A stretch of DNA of 64,000 nt from an uncultured Chloroflexia bacterium (GTDB lineage Bacteria > Chloroflexota > Limnocylindria > QHBO01), in contig CAVQTN010000002.1 in the NCBI GenBank assembly GCA_963716585.1, positions 28,480 through 92,479 of the forward strand. Direction: 5' to 3'. The translations under genes and the position numbers were made by a program. This document shows positions 18,485-32,114 of this stretch, piece after piece. The notes beneath the pieces are model-generated. The model saw nothing but the letters and a program-made list of their open reading frames with translations. It ran no database searches and was not told the DNA's origin. Position 1 is the stretch's first letter. Each line of letters starts with the position of its first letter.

Positions 18485-18517
18485 CCCGTCTGCCCCTCGT
18501 TGTCGGCAGGTCGCGGC

Positions 18518-19615
18518 TTACAGCCGCGCCAGCAGACCGTCGACGTCGAGCGAAGTCGCGACGAGGTCGATGATCGTGGCGATCTTCTCGGTATCGGTCG
18601 GATGCGTCTTGACCAGGATGTCGTCCACTGCCCGCGCGGTGCGGTACGTGTCCGATTCGACCAGCAGCGCGAACAGCCCGCAGCGCCGCAGCTCGTCGAG
18701 GACGGCGACGGACGGACGGAAGCCGCCGGTAAGGACCACGCCGACCACCGTCGGTCGATCCGGCGCGGCGCGGTTGGCGGCCACCGAGGCCAGTACCAGG
18801 TCTTCTCGGTCGCCCGGCGTGATGAGCAGCACGCGGTCACGAAGCAGCTCCATGGCGTGGCCGGCGTGCATGGCGCCGATCGCCACTTCACCGATCGTCT
18901 GACCGGGGGTTGCCTCGCCGCTGAGCAGCTCGCCCTCCAGGTGGGTCACGATCAGCTCGAGCGACGGATTGGCCAGCAGGTCGCTGTACGGCAGGCAGCC
19001 GAGCAGCTCGACCCCCTGCTGCGCCAGGCCCCGCTGGAGCACGTCGCGCAGCTCAGGGCGGGCCCCGACGTCGACCTTGTTGACGATCGCCCCCAGCACG
19101 CGGACGCCGTGTTCCGCGAAGAGCGCGCAATTGAGCGCGATCTCGTCGATCGGTCGCCCGACGCCGCCCTCCGACACGATGATCACCGGCGCATCGAGCG
19201 TCGCCGCCGCGCGCGCGTTCGAGAGCCCCACCACCGCGCCCACCCCGGCGTGCCCGGTTCCCTCGATGATGACCAGCTCCTTGTCGATCGCGATGCGCGC
19301 GTAGGCATCGGTCACCTGCGCGGCAAGGTCGTCGTGAATGCGGCCCATCACGAAATCGGTGGTGAAGTGTCGCGGCAGGGTCACCGGGCTCATGTCGTCC
19401 AGCGCATCGGTCAGGCCGAAGACGTCGCGAACGAGAACCGCATCCTCGTCGGCTCGCGTGCCATCGACCACCAGGTAGCGCTGTCCCACCGGCTTCAGGA
19501 AGCCGAGCCGATGCCCCCGCCGCAGCACCGCCGCGATCAGCCCCAGCGAGACCGTCGTCTTGCCACGGTTCTGGCCGGTGGCCGCCAGGAAGATGCGCTG
19601 TGCGCCGTCCCTCAC
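18518..19615 (-). CDS. BioD-like P-loop plus DRTGG domain protein (stand-alone homolog of the phosphotransacetylase N-terminal regulatory region)
   Basis: 365 aa. N-terminus FLAATGQNRGKTTVSLGL (P-loop of the BioD/CobQ-like fold), followed by a VVLTGGF (DRTGG) domain. No C-terminal Pta catalytic domain. Confidence 0.65.
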   Translation of the reverse strand: MRDGAQRIFLAATGQNRGKTTVSLGLIAAVLRRGHRLGFLKPVGQRYLVVDGTRADEDAVLVRDVFGLTDALDDMSPVTLPRHFTTDFVMGRIHDDLAAQVTDAYARIAIDKELVIIEGTGHAGVGAVVGLSNARAAATLDAPVIIVSEGGVGRPIDEIALNCALFAEHGVRVLGAIVNKVDVGARPELRDVLQRGLAQQGVELLGCLPYSDLLANPSLELIVTHLEGELLSGEATPGQTIGEVAIGAMHAGHAMELLRDRVLLITPGDREDLVLASVAANRAAPDRPTVVGVVLTGGFRPSVAVLDELRRCGLFALLVESDTYRTARAVDDILVKTHPTDTEKIATIIDLVATSLDVDGLLARL

Positions 19616-19628
19616 CGCGGCGTGCCGC

Positions 19629-20231
19629 TCACCGTGTCGTGCTGCGACGCTCGATCAGCTCGACTCCCTCGCGCAGCCGGCCGACGAGCTCGGCCTCGAC
19701 CATGTCGGGCTCGAGGTGCTCGCCGAGCCGCTCCATCATGTCTGCTGCCACGGCCAGCAGGACGTCGGCGTCGGCGATGAAGAATTGTGGCTCGTTGTTG
19801 TAGCGGACCAGGGTCAGCCGGCCCTGCAGCGTCGTGCCGCCCTCGGCGTGGGACAGCTGCGTGCCGAAGTTGTGCCCCTGGATGCCGTCCGGGTTGTTCA
19901 GGAAGTTCAGCGCGTTGTCGACCGCCAAACCGAAGCGCGCGCGCCAGGAGACGAGTCGCTCGTGGACCTCCGGCGAAAGCCCGATCTCGCCCAGCTCCTC
20001 GAAGACCTCGCGGTTGACGGTCAGCAGCCCGACCAGTGTCGAGCCCGCCCTGGAGCCGAGCATGACCTGCAGCGAGCGCTCCAGGGTGAACACGTCCGAG
20101 TCGAAGCGCGGACTGGTGGTCACCTCGGCGAGCAGGTCCTCGACGTTGTCGAGGGCGCCGGGGTCGGCGAGCGCCGTCGACATGTTCTGAATCTCTTCGC
20201 GGAACAGGAAGCGCTCTTCGTGATCGAGCAT
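19629..20231 (-). CDS. hypothetical protein (200 aa)
   Basis: The real start is MLDHEERF at 20231, preceded by GGAGGG. The long six-frame ORF upstream is an Arg-rich shadow. No recognisable family. It lies between gdhA and the DRTGG protein on the same strand. Confidence 0.5.
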   Translation of the reverse strand: MLDHEERFLFREEIQNMSTALADPGALDNVEDLLAEVTTSPRFDSDVFTLERSLQVMLGSRAGSTLVGLLTVNREVFEELGEIGLSPEVHERLVSWRARFGLAVDNALNFLNNPDGIQGHNFGTQLSHAEGGTTLQGRLTLVRYNNEPQFFIADADVLLAVAADMMERLGEHLEPDMVEAELVGRLREGVELIERRSTTR

Positions 20232-20281
20232 CCGCAGGGTCCCTCCGAGCGGCGCGCTGTGGCGCCGCCCGTATCGGCTGG

Positions 20282-21553
<1,272 letters not shown>

Positions 21554-21643
21554 CGGCTTGTGAAATGCCTCCTCTGCTGCGCGCTCGGGCGCCTCTACAC
21601 GCCGTCTCAGGGCGGAAGCTGGCCGCGAGTGCAGGGTTCCACG

Positions 21644-21674
21644 ATTATAGGGTCCGGCCGGGCCCCCCGGTGAA
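21644..21674 (-). promoter_or_regulatory. putative sigma-70-type promoter of gdhA (perfect TATAAT -10)
   Basis: The minus strand reads TTCACC(G)-18/19 nt-TATAAT about 90 nt upstream of the gdhA ATG. A perfect AT hexamer stands out in 72% GC DNA. Confidence 0.35.
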
Positions 21675-21691
21675 CGCCCCTCCCGAGCGCG

Positions 21692-22873
21692 CTAGACCAT
21701 CTCGACGGCGAGGGCCACCGCGCCACCGCCGCCCAGGCACAAAGTCGCCAGGCCGCGACGGCCGCCGGAGTGCCGGAGCGCGTACAGCAGGGTGGTCAGC
21801 ACGCGCGCCCCGGAGGCGCCGATCGGATGCCCAAGCGCGATCGCGCCGCCGTTGACGTTGACCCGGTCCCAGTCGAAGCCAAGCTCGTTGCCATCGGCCA
21901 GCACCTGCGCGGCGAAGGCCTCGTTGATCTCGATCAGGTCGAAGTCGCCGATGGTGGCGCCGAGCTTGTCGAGCAGCCGCCGGACGCCGTGGATCGGTGC
22001 CTCGAAGAGCCACTCCGGCGCGACGTCGGCCTGCGCATACCCGGTGATCCGCGCCATGGGTGTCAGGCCGTCACGGTCGATCGCCTCCTGCCCGGCAATG
22101 ACCAGTGCCGAGGCCCCGTCGGTGATGCCCGGAGCGTTGCCCGCAGTCACCGTCCCGCCATCGGGCTGGAAGGCCGGTTTCAGCTTCGCCAGGGCCTCGG
22201 CGCTGGTGTCGGCGCGCGGCGCCTCGTCTCTCGACACGATGGTGGGGCCTCTCCGACCGGCGACTTCGACCGGTACGATCTCGTCGTCGAAGGCGCCCGA
22301 CTCCTGTGCAGAGATGGCACGCTGGTGGGAGCGCAGCGCGAAGGCGTCCTGCGCCTCCCGCGTGATGTCATGCTTTCCTGCCACGCGCTCAGCGTGCAGG
22401 CCCATGTGCACATCGCAGATCGAGCACCACAGGCCGTCATGGACGGTGCTGTCCACCGCGGTCTGGTCCCCCAGCCGGTAGCCGGTGCGGGCGCCGGGGA
22501 GCAGGTACGGGCCGAGGTTCATGTTCTCCATGCCGCCCGCCACGATGACCTGCGCGTCGCCAGCGCGGATGGCGGCGCTGCCCATCATCACCGCCTTCAG
22601 GCCAGAGCCGCAGACCTTGTTGATGGTTGTCGCGCCGACGCCCTCGGGCAGGCCGCCCTTGAGCGCCGCCTGGCGGGCCGGTGCCTGGCCGACGCCCGCC
22701 TGCAGCACCTCGCCCATGATCGCCTCGTCGACGCGCTCGGGGGCGATGCCGGCACGCTCGATCGCGGCCCGGATGGCGGTCCCGCCCAGCTCGGGCGCGG
22801 GCACCGTCGAGAGGCCGCCGCCGAACTTGCCGATGGGCGTGCGGGCGGCTGAGAGGATGTACACGTCGTTCAT
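21692..22873 (-). CDS. acetyl-CoA C-acetyltransferase (thiolase II)
   Basis: The start is [19 protein letters not shown] at 22873. It has the thiolase active-site Cys region [11 protein letters not shown] and C-terminal CLGGGGAV. Confidence 0.9.
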   Translation of the reverse strand: MNDVYILSAARTPIGKFGGGLSTVPAPELGGTAIRAAIERAGIAPERVDEAIMGEVLQAGVGQAPARQAALKGGLPEGVGATTINKVCGSGLKAVMMGSAAIRAGDAQVIVAGGMENMNLGPYLLPGARTGYRLGDQTAVDSTVHDGLWCSICDVHMGLHAERVAGKHDITREAQDAFALRSHQRAISAQESGAFDDEIVPVEVAGRRGPTIVSRDEAPRADTSAEALAKLKPAFQPDGGTVTAGNAPGITDGASALVIAGQEAIDRDGLTPMARITGYAQADVAPEWLFEAPIHGVRRLLDKLGATIGDFDLIEINEAFAAQVLADGNELGFDWDRVNVNGGAIALGHPIGASGARVLTTLLYALRHSGGRRGLATLCLGGGGAVALAVEMV

Positions 22874-22942
22874 GGGTCGATGGTACAGCCGGAGCCGTCG
22901 AGGGGCCACGCGGCGCCCTCGACGGGAACGCGCGCGCCGAGG

Positions 22943-24937
<1,995 letters not shown>

Positions 24938-24946
24938 GGAGCCGGC

Positions 24947-26128
24947 TCATCCCTCCCGACGCAGGCCCTCGAGAAGCTGCTGGGCGATGATGAGCCGATG
25001 GATCTGGTTCGTCCCCTCGTAGATCTGCGCCCCCTTGGCATCGCGCATGAAGCGCTCCACCGGGTTCTCGCGACTGTACCCCGCGCCGCCGTAGATCTGG
25101 ACCGCATCCGTGCTGACCCGCATGGCGGTGTCGCTGGCGAACATCTTGGCCATGCTCGAGGCGGCGTTGATCGGCCGGCCGGTGTCGCGCAGCCGCGCCG
25201 CGCGCCAGGTGAGCAGGCGCGCTGCCTCGACCGCGGTGGCCATGTCGGCGAGCATGGCCTGGATCATCTCCTGCTGCCCGATCGGCCGGCCGAACTGGCT
25301 GCGCTGGTTGGCATAGCGACCGGCGTGCTCGAGCGCGGCGCGGGCCAGGCCGACGCAGGCCGCGGCAATGCTGATCCTGCCGGAGCCGAGCGCGCTGAGA
25401 GCAACCTTCAGTCCGTCGCCCTCGCCGCCCAGTCGGTCGGTAGCCGGCACGCGGGCCTCCTCGAAGACGAGCTCCGCCGCGGTCGTGCCGCGGATGCCCA
25501 TCTTGTGCTCCTTCGCGCCGAGCCTGAACCCGGGGGTGTCGTGCTCGACCACGAAGGCGGTGATCCCCTCGCGGCCCCGCGAGCGGTCGACCGTCGCAAA
25601 CACCACATATCGCTGGGCCTCGCCGGCATTGCTGATCCAGATCTTGCTGCCGGTGAGCCGGTAATCGTCCCCGTCGCGCTCGGCGCGCAGCGCGATGGCC
25701 GAAGCGTCCGACCCCGCCTGCGGCTCGGTCAGGGCGAAGGCGCCGAGCTCGCGGCCGGCGGTCATGCCGGGCAGGAAGCGCCGGTGCTGCTCATCGGTCC
25801 CGTGCGCGAAGATGCAGAGCTGGCTCAGGATGTGGACGCTCAGCGAGACCGCCATCCCCATGTCGGCGGCGGCGATCTCCTCGCAGGCGAGAATCCAGGC
25901 GAACGTGGTCAGCCCCGCCCCGCCGACCTCTTCGGGATACGGCAGGCCGGTGATGCCAAGCTCGCCGGCGCGCTCGAAGAGGTGCCGGTCGTACCGCTCC
26001 TGCTCGTCGCGGTCGGCGGCGCCCGGTGCGATCTCGCGCTGGGCGAAGTCACGCACCGTGTCGCGAATACTGCGCTCCTCGGCGCTGAGGGCGAACGGAT
26101 CGCGGACGGTCGCGGTCGCGCGCACCAT
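24947..26128 (-). CDS. acyl-CoA dehydrogenase
   Basis: 393 aa. ACAD N/M/C domains, FALTEPQAGSD and YEGTNQIHRLIIA motifs. Confidence 0.88.
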   Translation of the reverse strand: MVRATATVRDPFALSAEERSIRDTVRDFAQREIAPGAADRDEQERYDRHLFERAGELGITGLPYPEEVGGAGLTTFAWILACEEIAAADMGMAVSLSVHILSQLCIFAHGTDEQHRRFLPGMTAGRELGAFALTEPQAGSDASAIALRAERDGDDYRLTGSKIWISNAGEAQRYVVFATVDRSRGREGITAFVVEHDTPGFRLGAKEHKMGIRGTTAAELVFEEARVPATDRLGGEGDGLKVALSALGSGRISIAAACVGLARAALEHAGRYANQRSQFGRPIGQQEMIQAMLADMATAVEAARLLTWRAARLRDTGRPINAASSMAKMFASDTAMRVSTDAVQIYGGAGYSRENPVERFMRDAKGAQIYEGTNQIHRLIIAQQLLEGLRREG

Positions 26129-27000
26129 CAGCCGATCCTGCTGCCCTGCTCGTCGTAGCGGTAGAAGCCGCGCCCGGTCTTGCGCCCGAGGTGGCCGGCC
26201 GCGACCATCTGGCGCAGGAGCGGTGCCGCCCGAAACTTCGGATCGCCGAAGCCCCGGTACAGGACGTCCAGGACGCCGAGCATCACGTCATTGCCGATGA
26301 AGTCGCTGAGCTCCAGCGGGCCCATCGGGTGGTTGAGTCCCAGTTTGGCGCCGGTGTCGATATCGTCGGCGCTGCCGGTCGAATCCATCAGCGCGAAAAC
26401 CGCCTCGTTGATGAATGGTCCGAGCATGCGATTGACCAGGAAGCCGGGGTAGTCCTTCGACTCGATGACCGTCTTGCCGAGCTCCCCCGCAAAGGAACGG
26501 CAGGCTTCGTAGGTCGCCGCATCGGTCTCGAGGCCGCGGATGATCTCGATCAGCTTCATGACCGGGACCGGGGAGAAGAAGTGCAGGCCGATGAACCTTG
26601 CCGGGCGGTCGGTCGCGGTGGCCAGGCTGGTGATGCTGATGCTGCTGGTGTTGCTGGCGAAGATCGCCTGCGGGCTTGCGACCTCGCTCAGCTCGCGCCA
26701 CGTCTCGCGCTTGAGCGCCTCGTCCTCGTAGACCGCCTCGACGACCAGGTCGTGCTCGGCGGCGCCCCGGGTGCCCTCCGCGGTGACGATGCGGCCGAGC
26801 ATGTCATCGGCCTTCGCCTGCTCCAGCCGGTGCTTGTCGACCTGGCGCTGCAGGTTGTCGGCCACACGCTGCTTTCCCCTGTCCGCGAGCGCCCCGGTAC
26901 GATCGGAGAGCGTGACCTGCTTGCCGGCGGCGACGCTGACCTGCGCGATGCCGTGGCCCATCAGCCCGGCGCCGACGACGTAGATCCGTTCGATGCTCAT
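26128..27000 (-). CDS. hbd: 3-hydroxybutyryl-CoA / 3-hydroxyacyl-CoA dehydrogenase
   Basis: The real start is MSIERIYVVGAGLMGHGIAQV (Rossmann GxGxxG) at 27000. It also has the DYPGFLVNR motif. The upstream six-frame extension is spurious. Confidence 0.88.
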   Translation of the reverse strand: MSIERIYVVGAGLMGHGIAQVSVAAGKQVTLSDRTGALADRGKQRVADNLQRQVDKHRLEQAKADDMLGRIVTAEGTRGAAEHDLVVEAVYEDEALKRETWRELSEVASPQAIFASNTSSISITSLATATDRPARFIGLHFFSPVPVMKLIEIIRGLETDAATYEACRSFAGELGKTVIESKDYPGFLVNRMLGPFINEAVFALMDSTGSADDIDTGAKLGLNHPMGPLELSDFIGNDVMLGVLDVLYRGFGDPKFRAAPLLRQMVAAGHLGRKTGRGFYRYDEQGSRIG

Positions 27001-27028
27001 CGCGACGAAGGGTAGCAGGGGCCTGCGG

Positions 27029-27949
27029 TCAAGGCCCGAGGAGCCGGGCTGCTGCGGTGATTGGATCCAGGTCGCGTGCGGCGACCGCATCCAGGGTCGC
27101 ATCCCACGCCGATGACGCACGCGCACGCCGCAGCGCGAGATCCGCCAGCGCCCGACCGATCTGGGCGCGAGCCCGATCGCGCGCCTGCTCCGGCGATCTG
27201 GCGACGGACCGATGCGCTTCGATGGCGTCGACGAGCGCGGCGACGCCATCGCCCGTCGTGGCAGTCGTGATCATGATCGGCGGGGCGGCGCGTGCGACCC
27301 GTCCACCGGCCGTCGACATCATGGCGCGCAGCTGCCGCGCGGCATGCTGGGCGCCGGGCCGATCGCCCTTGTTGACGGCGATCACGTCGGCGACCTCCAG
27401 CAGCCCGGCCTTGATGGCCTGCACCTCGTCCCCCATCTCGGGCACCTCCACCACGACGGTCGTCTCGGCGAGGTGGGCGATCTCGACCTCCGACTGGCCG
27501 GCCCCGACCGTCTCGACCAGGACCGGATCGTAGCCCGCAGCGTCGAGCGCCGCGGCGGCGGTCCAGGTCGCCGCGGCCAGGCCGCCGAGCTCGCCGCGCG
27601 AGGCCATGGACCGCATGAACACGTCGCGGTCGGCCGCGTGATCCATCATCCGGATGCGGTCGCCCATGATCGCGCCGCCGGTGTACGGCGAGCTGGGATC
27701 GACTGCCAGCACGCCCACGCGGCGGCCACGCCGCCGGAACTCGGAGATGAGCGCGTTGACCAGCGTGGACTTGCCGCTCCCCGGCGGACCGGTGATGCCC
27801 ACCAGGTGCGCCGCGCGGCCCGCGGCGAAGAGCCGCGGCAGCATCGGCCTGAGATCCGGGTCACCGCGTTCGATGGCGGTCAGCAGCCGCGCCAAGGGCC
27901 GCCGCTCACCGGTTCGCGCGGCCTCGATGAGCGCCGCGAAGTCGGTCAC
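27029..27949 (-). CDS. meaB: methylmalonyl-CoA mutase-associated G-protein chaperone (MeaB/ArgK)
   Basis: P-loop [12 protein letters not shown], and switch/NKxD region AVNKGD. 306 aa. The start overlaps the upstream B12-subunit stop. Confidence 0.88.
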   Translation of the reverse strand: MTDFAALIEAARTGERRPLARLLTAIERGDPDLRPMLPRLFAAGRAAHLVGITGPPGSGKSTLVNALISEFRRRGRRVGVLAVDPSSPYTGGAIMGDRIRMMDHAADRDVFMRSMASRGELGGLAAATWTAAAALDAAGYDPVLVETVGAGQSEVEIAHLAETTVVVEVPEMGDEVQAIKAGLLEVADVIAVNKGDRPGAQHAARQLRAMMSTAGGRVARAAPPIMITTATTGDGVAALVDAIEAHRSVARSPEQARDRARAQIGRALADLALRRARASSAWDATLDAVAARDLDPITAAARLLGP

Positions 27950-28359
27950 GCGCGACTGCGCGCGTGCTCTCTGAAGTAGCGCGCGATCTGCCCGATGCTG
28001 GTGCCAGGACCGAAGACCTCTGCGACTCCCGCCGCTTTGAGCTTCGTGATGTCGGCGTCCGGGATGATCCCGCCGGCCGCGATGAGCACGTCGTCCATGC
28101 CCCGGCCACGCACCAGCTCGACGATCCGGGGCAGCAGGGCCATGTGCGCCCCGGACAGGATCGACAGGCCCACGACGTCGACGTCCTCCTGCTCGGCGGC
28201 ATCGGCCACCATCTCGGGGGTCTGCCGCAGTCCCGTGTAGATCACCTCGAAGCCCTCGTCGCGCAGCCCGCGGGCGAGCACCTTGGCGCCGCGGTCGTGG
28301 CCGTCCAGGCCCGGCTTGGCGATCAGGACGCGGATCGGAGTCGAGCGGTCGTCGGTCAT
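27946..28359 (-). CDS. B12-binding small subunit of a methylmalonyl-/isobutyryl-CoA mutase family enzyme
   Basis: 137 aa. Cobalamin-binding DxHxxG signature [11 protein letters not shown] in a Rossmann-like B12-binding domain. A separate large subunit is encoded at 42.7 kb. Confidence 0.85.
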   Translation of the reverse strand: MTDDRSTPIRVLIAKPGLDGHDRGAKVLARGLRDEGFEVIYTGLRQTPEMVADAAEQEDVDVVGLSILSGAHMALLPRIVELVRGRGMDDVLIAAGGIIPDADITKLKAAGVAEVFGPGTSIGQIARYFREHARSRA

Positions 28360-28372
28360 CGGCCCGCCGATT

Positions 28373-28957
28373 CTAGCCTCGCCCGATCAGCTTGAGGAAC
28401 TCGTTCCGCGTGCGACCATCGCGCCGGAAGGTGCCCAGCATCGAGGAGGTGACCATCGACGCCTGCTCCTTCTTGACGCCGCGCATCATGGTGCACAGGT
28501 GCGATCCCTCGACGACGCAGGCGACGCCCTTGGGATCGACGCGCTCCATCAGGAACGTGGCGATCTGCTGGGTCATCCGTTCCTGCAGCTGCAGGCGCCG
28601 CGCGAACATGTCGACGATGCGCGGGATCTTTGACAGGCCGATGACCCGGCCGCGTGGCAGGTAGCCGACGTGCGCGCGGCCGTAGAACGGCAGCAGGTGG
28701 TGCTCGCACAGGCTGAAGAACTCGATGTCGCGGACCACGACCATCTCGTCGTAGTCGACCTCGAAGCAGGCACCGTTGATCAGCTCTTCGGGATCGGTCT
28801 GGTAGCCCGATGTCAGCTCCGCGTACATGCGCCGCACGCGCTTCGGCGTATCGACCAGACCGGGGCGTCCGGGATCCTCGCCGATCTCTTCCAGGAGGGT
28901 CCGAACGGCGGCTTCGAGCTCCCCGTCGGGCAGGCGCTGATCGTCCATTCGGGCCAT
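28373..28957 (-). CDS. folE: GTP cyclohydrolase I
   Basis: The conserved core CEHHLLPF...GLSKIPR...[13 protein letters not shown]. The start is MARMDDQ (28957 or 28948). Confidence 0.9.
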   Translation of the reverse strand: MARMDDQRLPDGELEAAVRTLLEEIGEDPGRPGLVDTPKRVRRMYAELTSGYQTDPEELINGACFEVDYDEMVVVRDIEFFSLCEHHLLPFYGRAHVGYLPRGRVIGLSKIPRIVDMFARRLQLQERMTQQIATFLMERVDPKGVACVVEGSHLCTMMRGVKKEQASMVTSSMLGTFRRDGRTRNEFLKLIGRG

Positions 28958-29044
28958 GCTATCAGTACGTGGGCGTGCCTCCGCGCAACGGCTAGACTGG
29001 CACCGATCGATCTGCCCGACGCACGAGTCCGACGTTTCAGCGCC

Positions 29045-29617
29045 ATGATCCTGCACCAACCCACCACGCGCGGTCATCGCCTCGGCCTGCCGAGCTTCAG
29101 CAGCCTCGGCACGGACCGCCTGGCGGCGGCGCTCGGCCGGCGGCTCGACGACGGCTATCACTACCTGCCGCGGGTCACTGCCGGCACGGAGCCGATCCAC
29201 GCCGTCGTCGTCGGCCCGGGCGGCACCTGGACGATCATGCCGGCTCACGATGCCGGACGCTTCCGCAAGCGCAACGGCCACTGGTACCGCTGGAACCGTT
29301 CGACCGAGTCATGGGTTCCGTGGGCCGCCGAGCCGGTGACCTCCGCCCGGCTCGCCGGTCACCGCCTGGAGCTGCATCTCGATCGCGCCGGCCTGCCGGC
29401 AACTGTCGAGCCGGCGCTGCTGGTGACCCCTGACGTGCAGCTCGGCTGGGAGGCGACCGAGCGACCCGGTGTGCACGTCCACGACGACGTCGCGCGACTC
29501 GCCGCACGAATCTCGCGCGACGAGGCGCTGACGCCCGCCCAGGTGGATCGCATCGTGGCCCTGCTCGATCCGCGGCAGCCGGTTCCGCGCCTCACTCCGT
29601 CGACGCATCGCGGCTGA
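29045..29617 (+). CDS. NERD (nuclease-related domain) protein
   Basis: 190 aa from MILHQ. IHAVVVGPGGTWTIM resembles the NERD signature (DHLVIGPxGVFVIE). Confidence 0.5.
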   Translation: MILHQPTTRGHRLGLPSFSSLGTDRLAAALGRRLDDGYHYLPRVTAGTEPIHAVVVGPGGTWTIMPAHDAGRFRKRNGHWYRWNRSTESWVPWAAEPVTSARLAGHRLELHLDRAGLPATVEPALLVTPDVQLGWEATERPGVHVHDDVARLAARISRDEALTPAQVDRIVALLDPRQPVPRLTPSTHRG

Positions 29618-30284
29618 CGCCCGGCAAGAGGCGCGATCGGAGCAGCGCCTCGAAGAGCAGGACGATCGCCAGCCCGGTGAGCCAGCCTCCCAGCACGTCG
29701 CTCGGGTAATGCACGCCCAGGTAGACCCGTGACACGCCGACCAGCAGCACCACCAGTCCGAGCGCGCCAATCGAGAGCATCTTGAGCGGGCGGGAGAGCG
29801 GGCTGCGGGCGATCAGCAGCGCGAAGATGCCGTAGGTGACCATTGACAGCGCCGTATGGCCTGAGGGGAAGCTGTAGCCCGGCTCGATCTCGAGGGGAGG
29901 CAGCAGGTCCGGTCTCACCCGCTGCACCAGGTCCTTGATGCCGGCGTTGGCCAGCGAGGCGACGCCGATCGTGGCGGCAGCGGCCAGCCCCAGCCACGGC
30001 CGTCGCGCCACCAGCTCGACGATGAGCACGAGCAGGGCCATGGCCGCGACCCAGGGCGTGGATCCCAGGATGGTGAGCGGCTGCAGGAACGCGAGCGGCG
30101 TGACGAGCGCGTCGCTGCGAACGGCGTCGATGATCGCCACGTCCAGGGGCCGGGTCGCGCCGGTGCTGACCGACAGCGCCAGCAGCGTCACGGCGACCAG
30201 CAACGCGGCGGCGGCGAGCAGCGGGAGAAGTGGTCGCCCTGCGACGCTGGCCGGCATGGCTTCCAAGTCTAGGGGTCGCGCCAT
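29592..30284 (-). CDS. PAP2 family phosphatase (phosphatidic acid phosphatase type 2 / undecaprenyl-PP phosphatase-like)
   Basis: Six TM segments. PAP2 motifs KDLVQRVRP, PSGH and SRVYLGVHYPSD. Confidence 0.85.
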   Translation of the reverse strand: MARPLDLEAMPASVAGRPLLPLLAAAALLVAVTLLALSVSTGATRPLDVAIIDAVRSDALVTPLAFLQPLTILGSTPWVAAMALLVLIVELVARRPWLGLAAAATIGVASLANAGIKDLVQRVRPDLLPPLEIEPGYSFPSGHTALSMVTYGIFALLIARSPLSRPLKMLSIGALGLVVLLVGVSRVYLGVHYPSDVLGGWLTGLAIVLLFEALLRSRLLPGVSRDASTE

Positions 30285-30304
30285 CGGCTCCGTATCATGC
30301 AGCG

Positions 30305-31456
30305 ATGACCAATGGCAACGCCGGCGGCGCGATCGTCGAGCTCGACCACCTCACCAAGCGATACGGCCCCCCGTCCAGCGCGCCGGCCGTCAACGATCTT
30401 TCGCTCACCATCCCCGCCGGCGAGATCTGCGTGCTGGTCGGTCCGTCGGGCTGCGGCAAGACCACGACCATGAAGATGATCAATCGATTGGTGGAGCCGA
30501 CCAGCGGCCGGGTGCTGATCGACGGCGAGGACGTGACGCGGCTGCCGGCGGTCGAGCTGCGACGCCGGATCGGGTACGTCATCCAGCAGGTCGGTCTCTT
30601 TCCGCACCTGACCATCGCCGAGAATGTGGCGGTGGTGCCGAGGCTGCTGAAGTGGCCGGGGCCGCGCGTTCGGGCGCGGGTCGACGAGCTGCTCGACCTG
30701 CTCGGGTTGGAGCCCGCGGCGTACCGCGATCGCTTCCCGGCCGAGCTGTCGGGCGGCGAGCGGCAGCGCGTGGGCGTCGGACGGGCCCTCGCGGCGGATC
30801 CACCGGTGATGCTCATGGACGAGCCGTTCGGCGCGGTGGACCCGATCCGCCGCGATCGCCTGCAGAACGAGTTCCTGCGCCTGCAGGCGCACGTGCGCAA
30901 GACGATCGTATTCGTCACGCACGACGTCGACGAGGCGATCAAGATGGCCGACCGGATCGCGATCCTGCAGATCGGCGGCGTGCTGGCCCAGTACGACACG
31001 CCCGAGACGATCCTCTCGGCACCGGCCGGCGACTTCGTGGAGCGCTTCGTCGGCGCCGATCGCGGCCTCAAACGGCTGTCACTGACCCGGGTCCGCGACC
31101 TGGCGCTCATCGAGCCGGCGCTGGCCCGCGTCGGCGAGCCCCTCGGCGAGCTGCGGCAACGCCTGTTCGCCGCGGAGGTGGACTACGCCCTGCTGGTCGA
31201 CGACCGCGATCGGCCGCTGGGTTGGATCGACGCCGACCAGCTCTCCGGCGACGGCGCGCTGCCGGCCGGGCTGGCGACGCCGGGCGCCCCACTGCTCGAA
31301 CCCGAGTCGACGCTGCGCGACGCCCTGTCGGCGATGCTCGGATCGAGCGTGCAGCTCGGCGCGGTGGTCGACGAGAAGGAGGCGGTCATCGGCCTGATCG
31401 GTGTCGACCAGATCGCCGAGATCCTGCGCGGACCGGGGGCGACGCGTGCGACCTGA
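30305..31456 (+). CDS. osmoprotectant (glycine betaine/carnitine/choline) ABC transporter ATP-binding protein with C-terminal CBS domains
   Basis: The start is MTNGN at 30305. Walker A GPSGCGKTT, signature LSGGERQRVGVGRALA, Walker B MLMDEPFGAVD, then tandem CBS modules; OpuCA/ProV-like. Confidence 0.88.
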   Translation: MTNGNAGGAIVELDHLTKRYGPPSSAPAVNDLSLTIPAGEICVLVGPSGCGKTTTMKMINRLVEPTSGRVLIDGEDVTRLPAVELRRRIGYVIQQVGLFPHLTIAENVAVVPRLLKWPGPRVRARVDELLDLLGLEPAAYRDRFPAELSGGERQRVGVGRALAADPPVMLMDEPFGAVDPIRRDRLQNEFLRLQAHVRKTIVFVTHDVDEAIKMADRIAILQIGGVLAQYDTPETILSAPAGDFVERFVGADRGLKRLSLTRVRDLALIEPALARVGEPLGELRQRLFAAEVDYALLVDDRDRPLGWIDADQLSGDGALPAGLATPGAPLLEPESTLRDALSAMLGSSVQLGAVVDEKEAVIGLIGVDQIAEILRGPGATRAT

Positions 31457-32114
31457 CGAGCCGCTGATCGACGTCGCGTGGGTGACCCGCAACCTCGACG
31501 AGATCGGGCAACGGCTGGGCGAGCACGTGGTGATGACCGTGATCGCGGTCGTCGCGGGCTTTGGGGTCTCGTTCGCGCTCTCGCTGCTCATCCGGCGCTC
31601 GCCGCGGCTCTCCGGGCCGGTGCTCGCCATTTCCGGGGTGCTCTACACCATCCCGAGCCTGGCCCTCTTCGCGCTGCTCATCCCGTTCACCGGGCTGTCG
31701 CTCCTCTCGGCCGAGGTGGCGCTGGTCAGCTACACCGTCCTGATCCTGGTGCGCAATATCGTGGCGGGGCTAGAGTCGGTGCCGAGCGACGTCAGCGAGG
31801 CCGCCATCGGGATGGGCTACAGCGCCTGGCAGCGCCTGTGGCAGATCGAGCTGCCATTGGCCGTGCCGGTCATCGTCGCCGGAGTGCGCATCGCCACGGT
31901 CACCACTATCGGGCTGGTGACGGTCACCTCGCTGATCGGCCAGGGCGGCCTGGGCTACTTCATCGTGGTGGTCGGCATCCGCCAGTTCTTCCCGACCGCG
32001 ATCTACGTCGGCGCCGTGCTGTCGATCGCGCTCGCCATCGGCGCCGACCTGGGACTTCTCGCACTGCAGTCCGGTCTCACCCCGTGGGCGCGGGCGCGTG
32101 GCGGCTCGAGCTGA
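31446..32114 (+). CDS. osmoprotectant ABC transporter permease (OpuCB-like)
   Basis: BPD-transp_1-type permease with 5-6 TM segments. Probable GTG start at 31446 overlapping the ATPase stop. Confidence 0.8.
   Translation: MRPDEPLIDVAWVTRNLDEIGQRLGEHVVMTVIAVVAGFGVSFALSLLIRRSPRLSGPVLAISGVLYTIPSLALFALLIPFTGLSLLSAEVALVSYTVLILVRNIVAGLESVPSDVSEAAIGMGYSAWQRLWQIELPLAVPVIVAGVRIATVTTIGLVTVTSLIGQGGLGYFIVVVGIRQFFPTAIYVGAVLSIALAIGADLGLLALQSGLTPWARARGGSS

Noticed and set aside
28985-29010. Sigma-54-like TGGCAC...TCTGC between folE and the NERD gene.
   Set aside because: The -12 TTGC element is displaced by 3-4 nt relative to the TGGCAC-N5-TTGC consensus, so it does not fit a sigma-54 promoter. A TAGACT -10-like hexamer is a more ordinary explanation.
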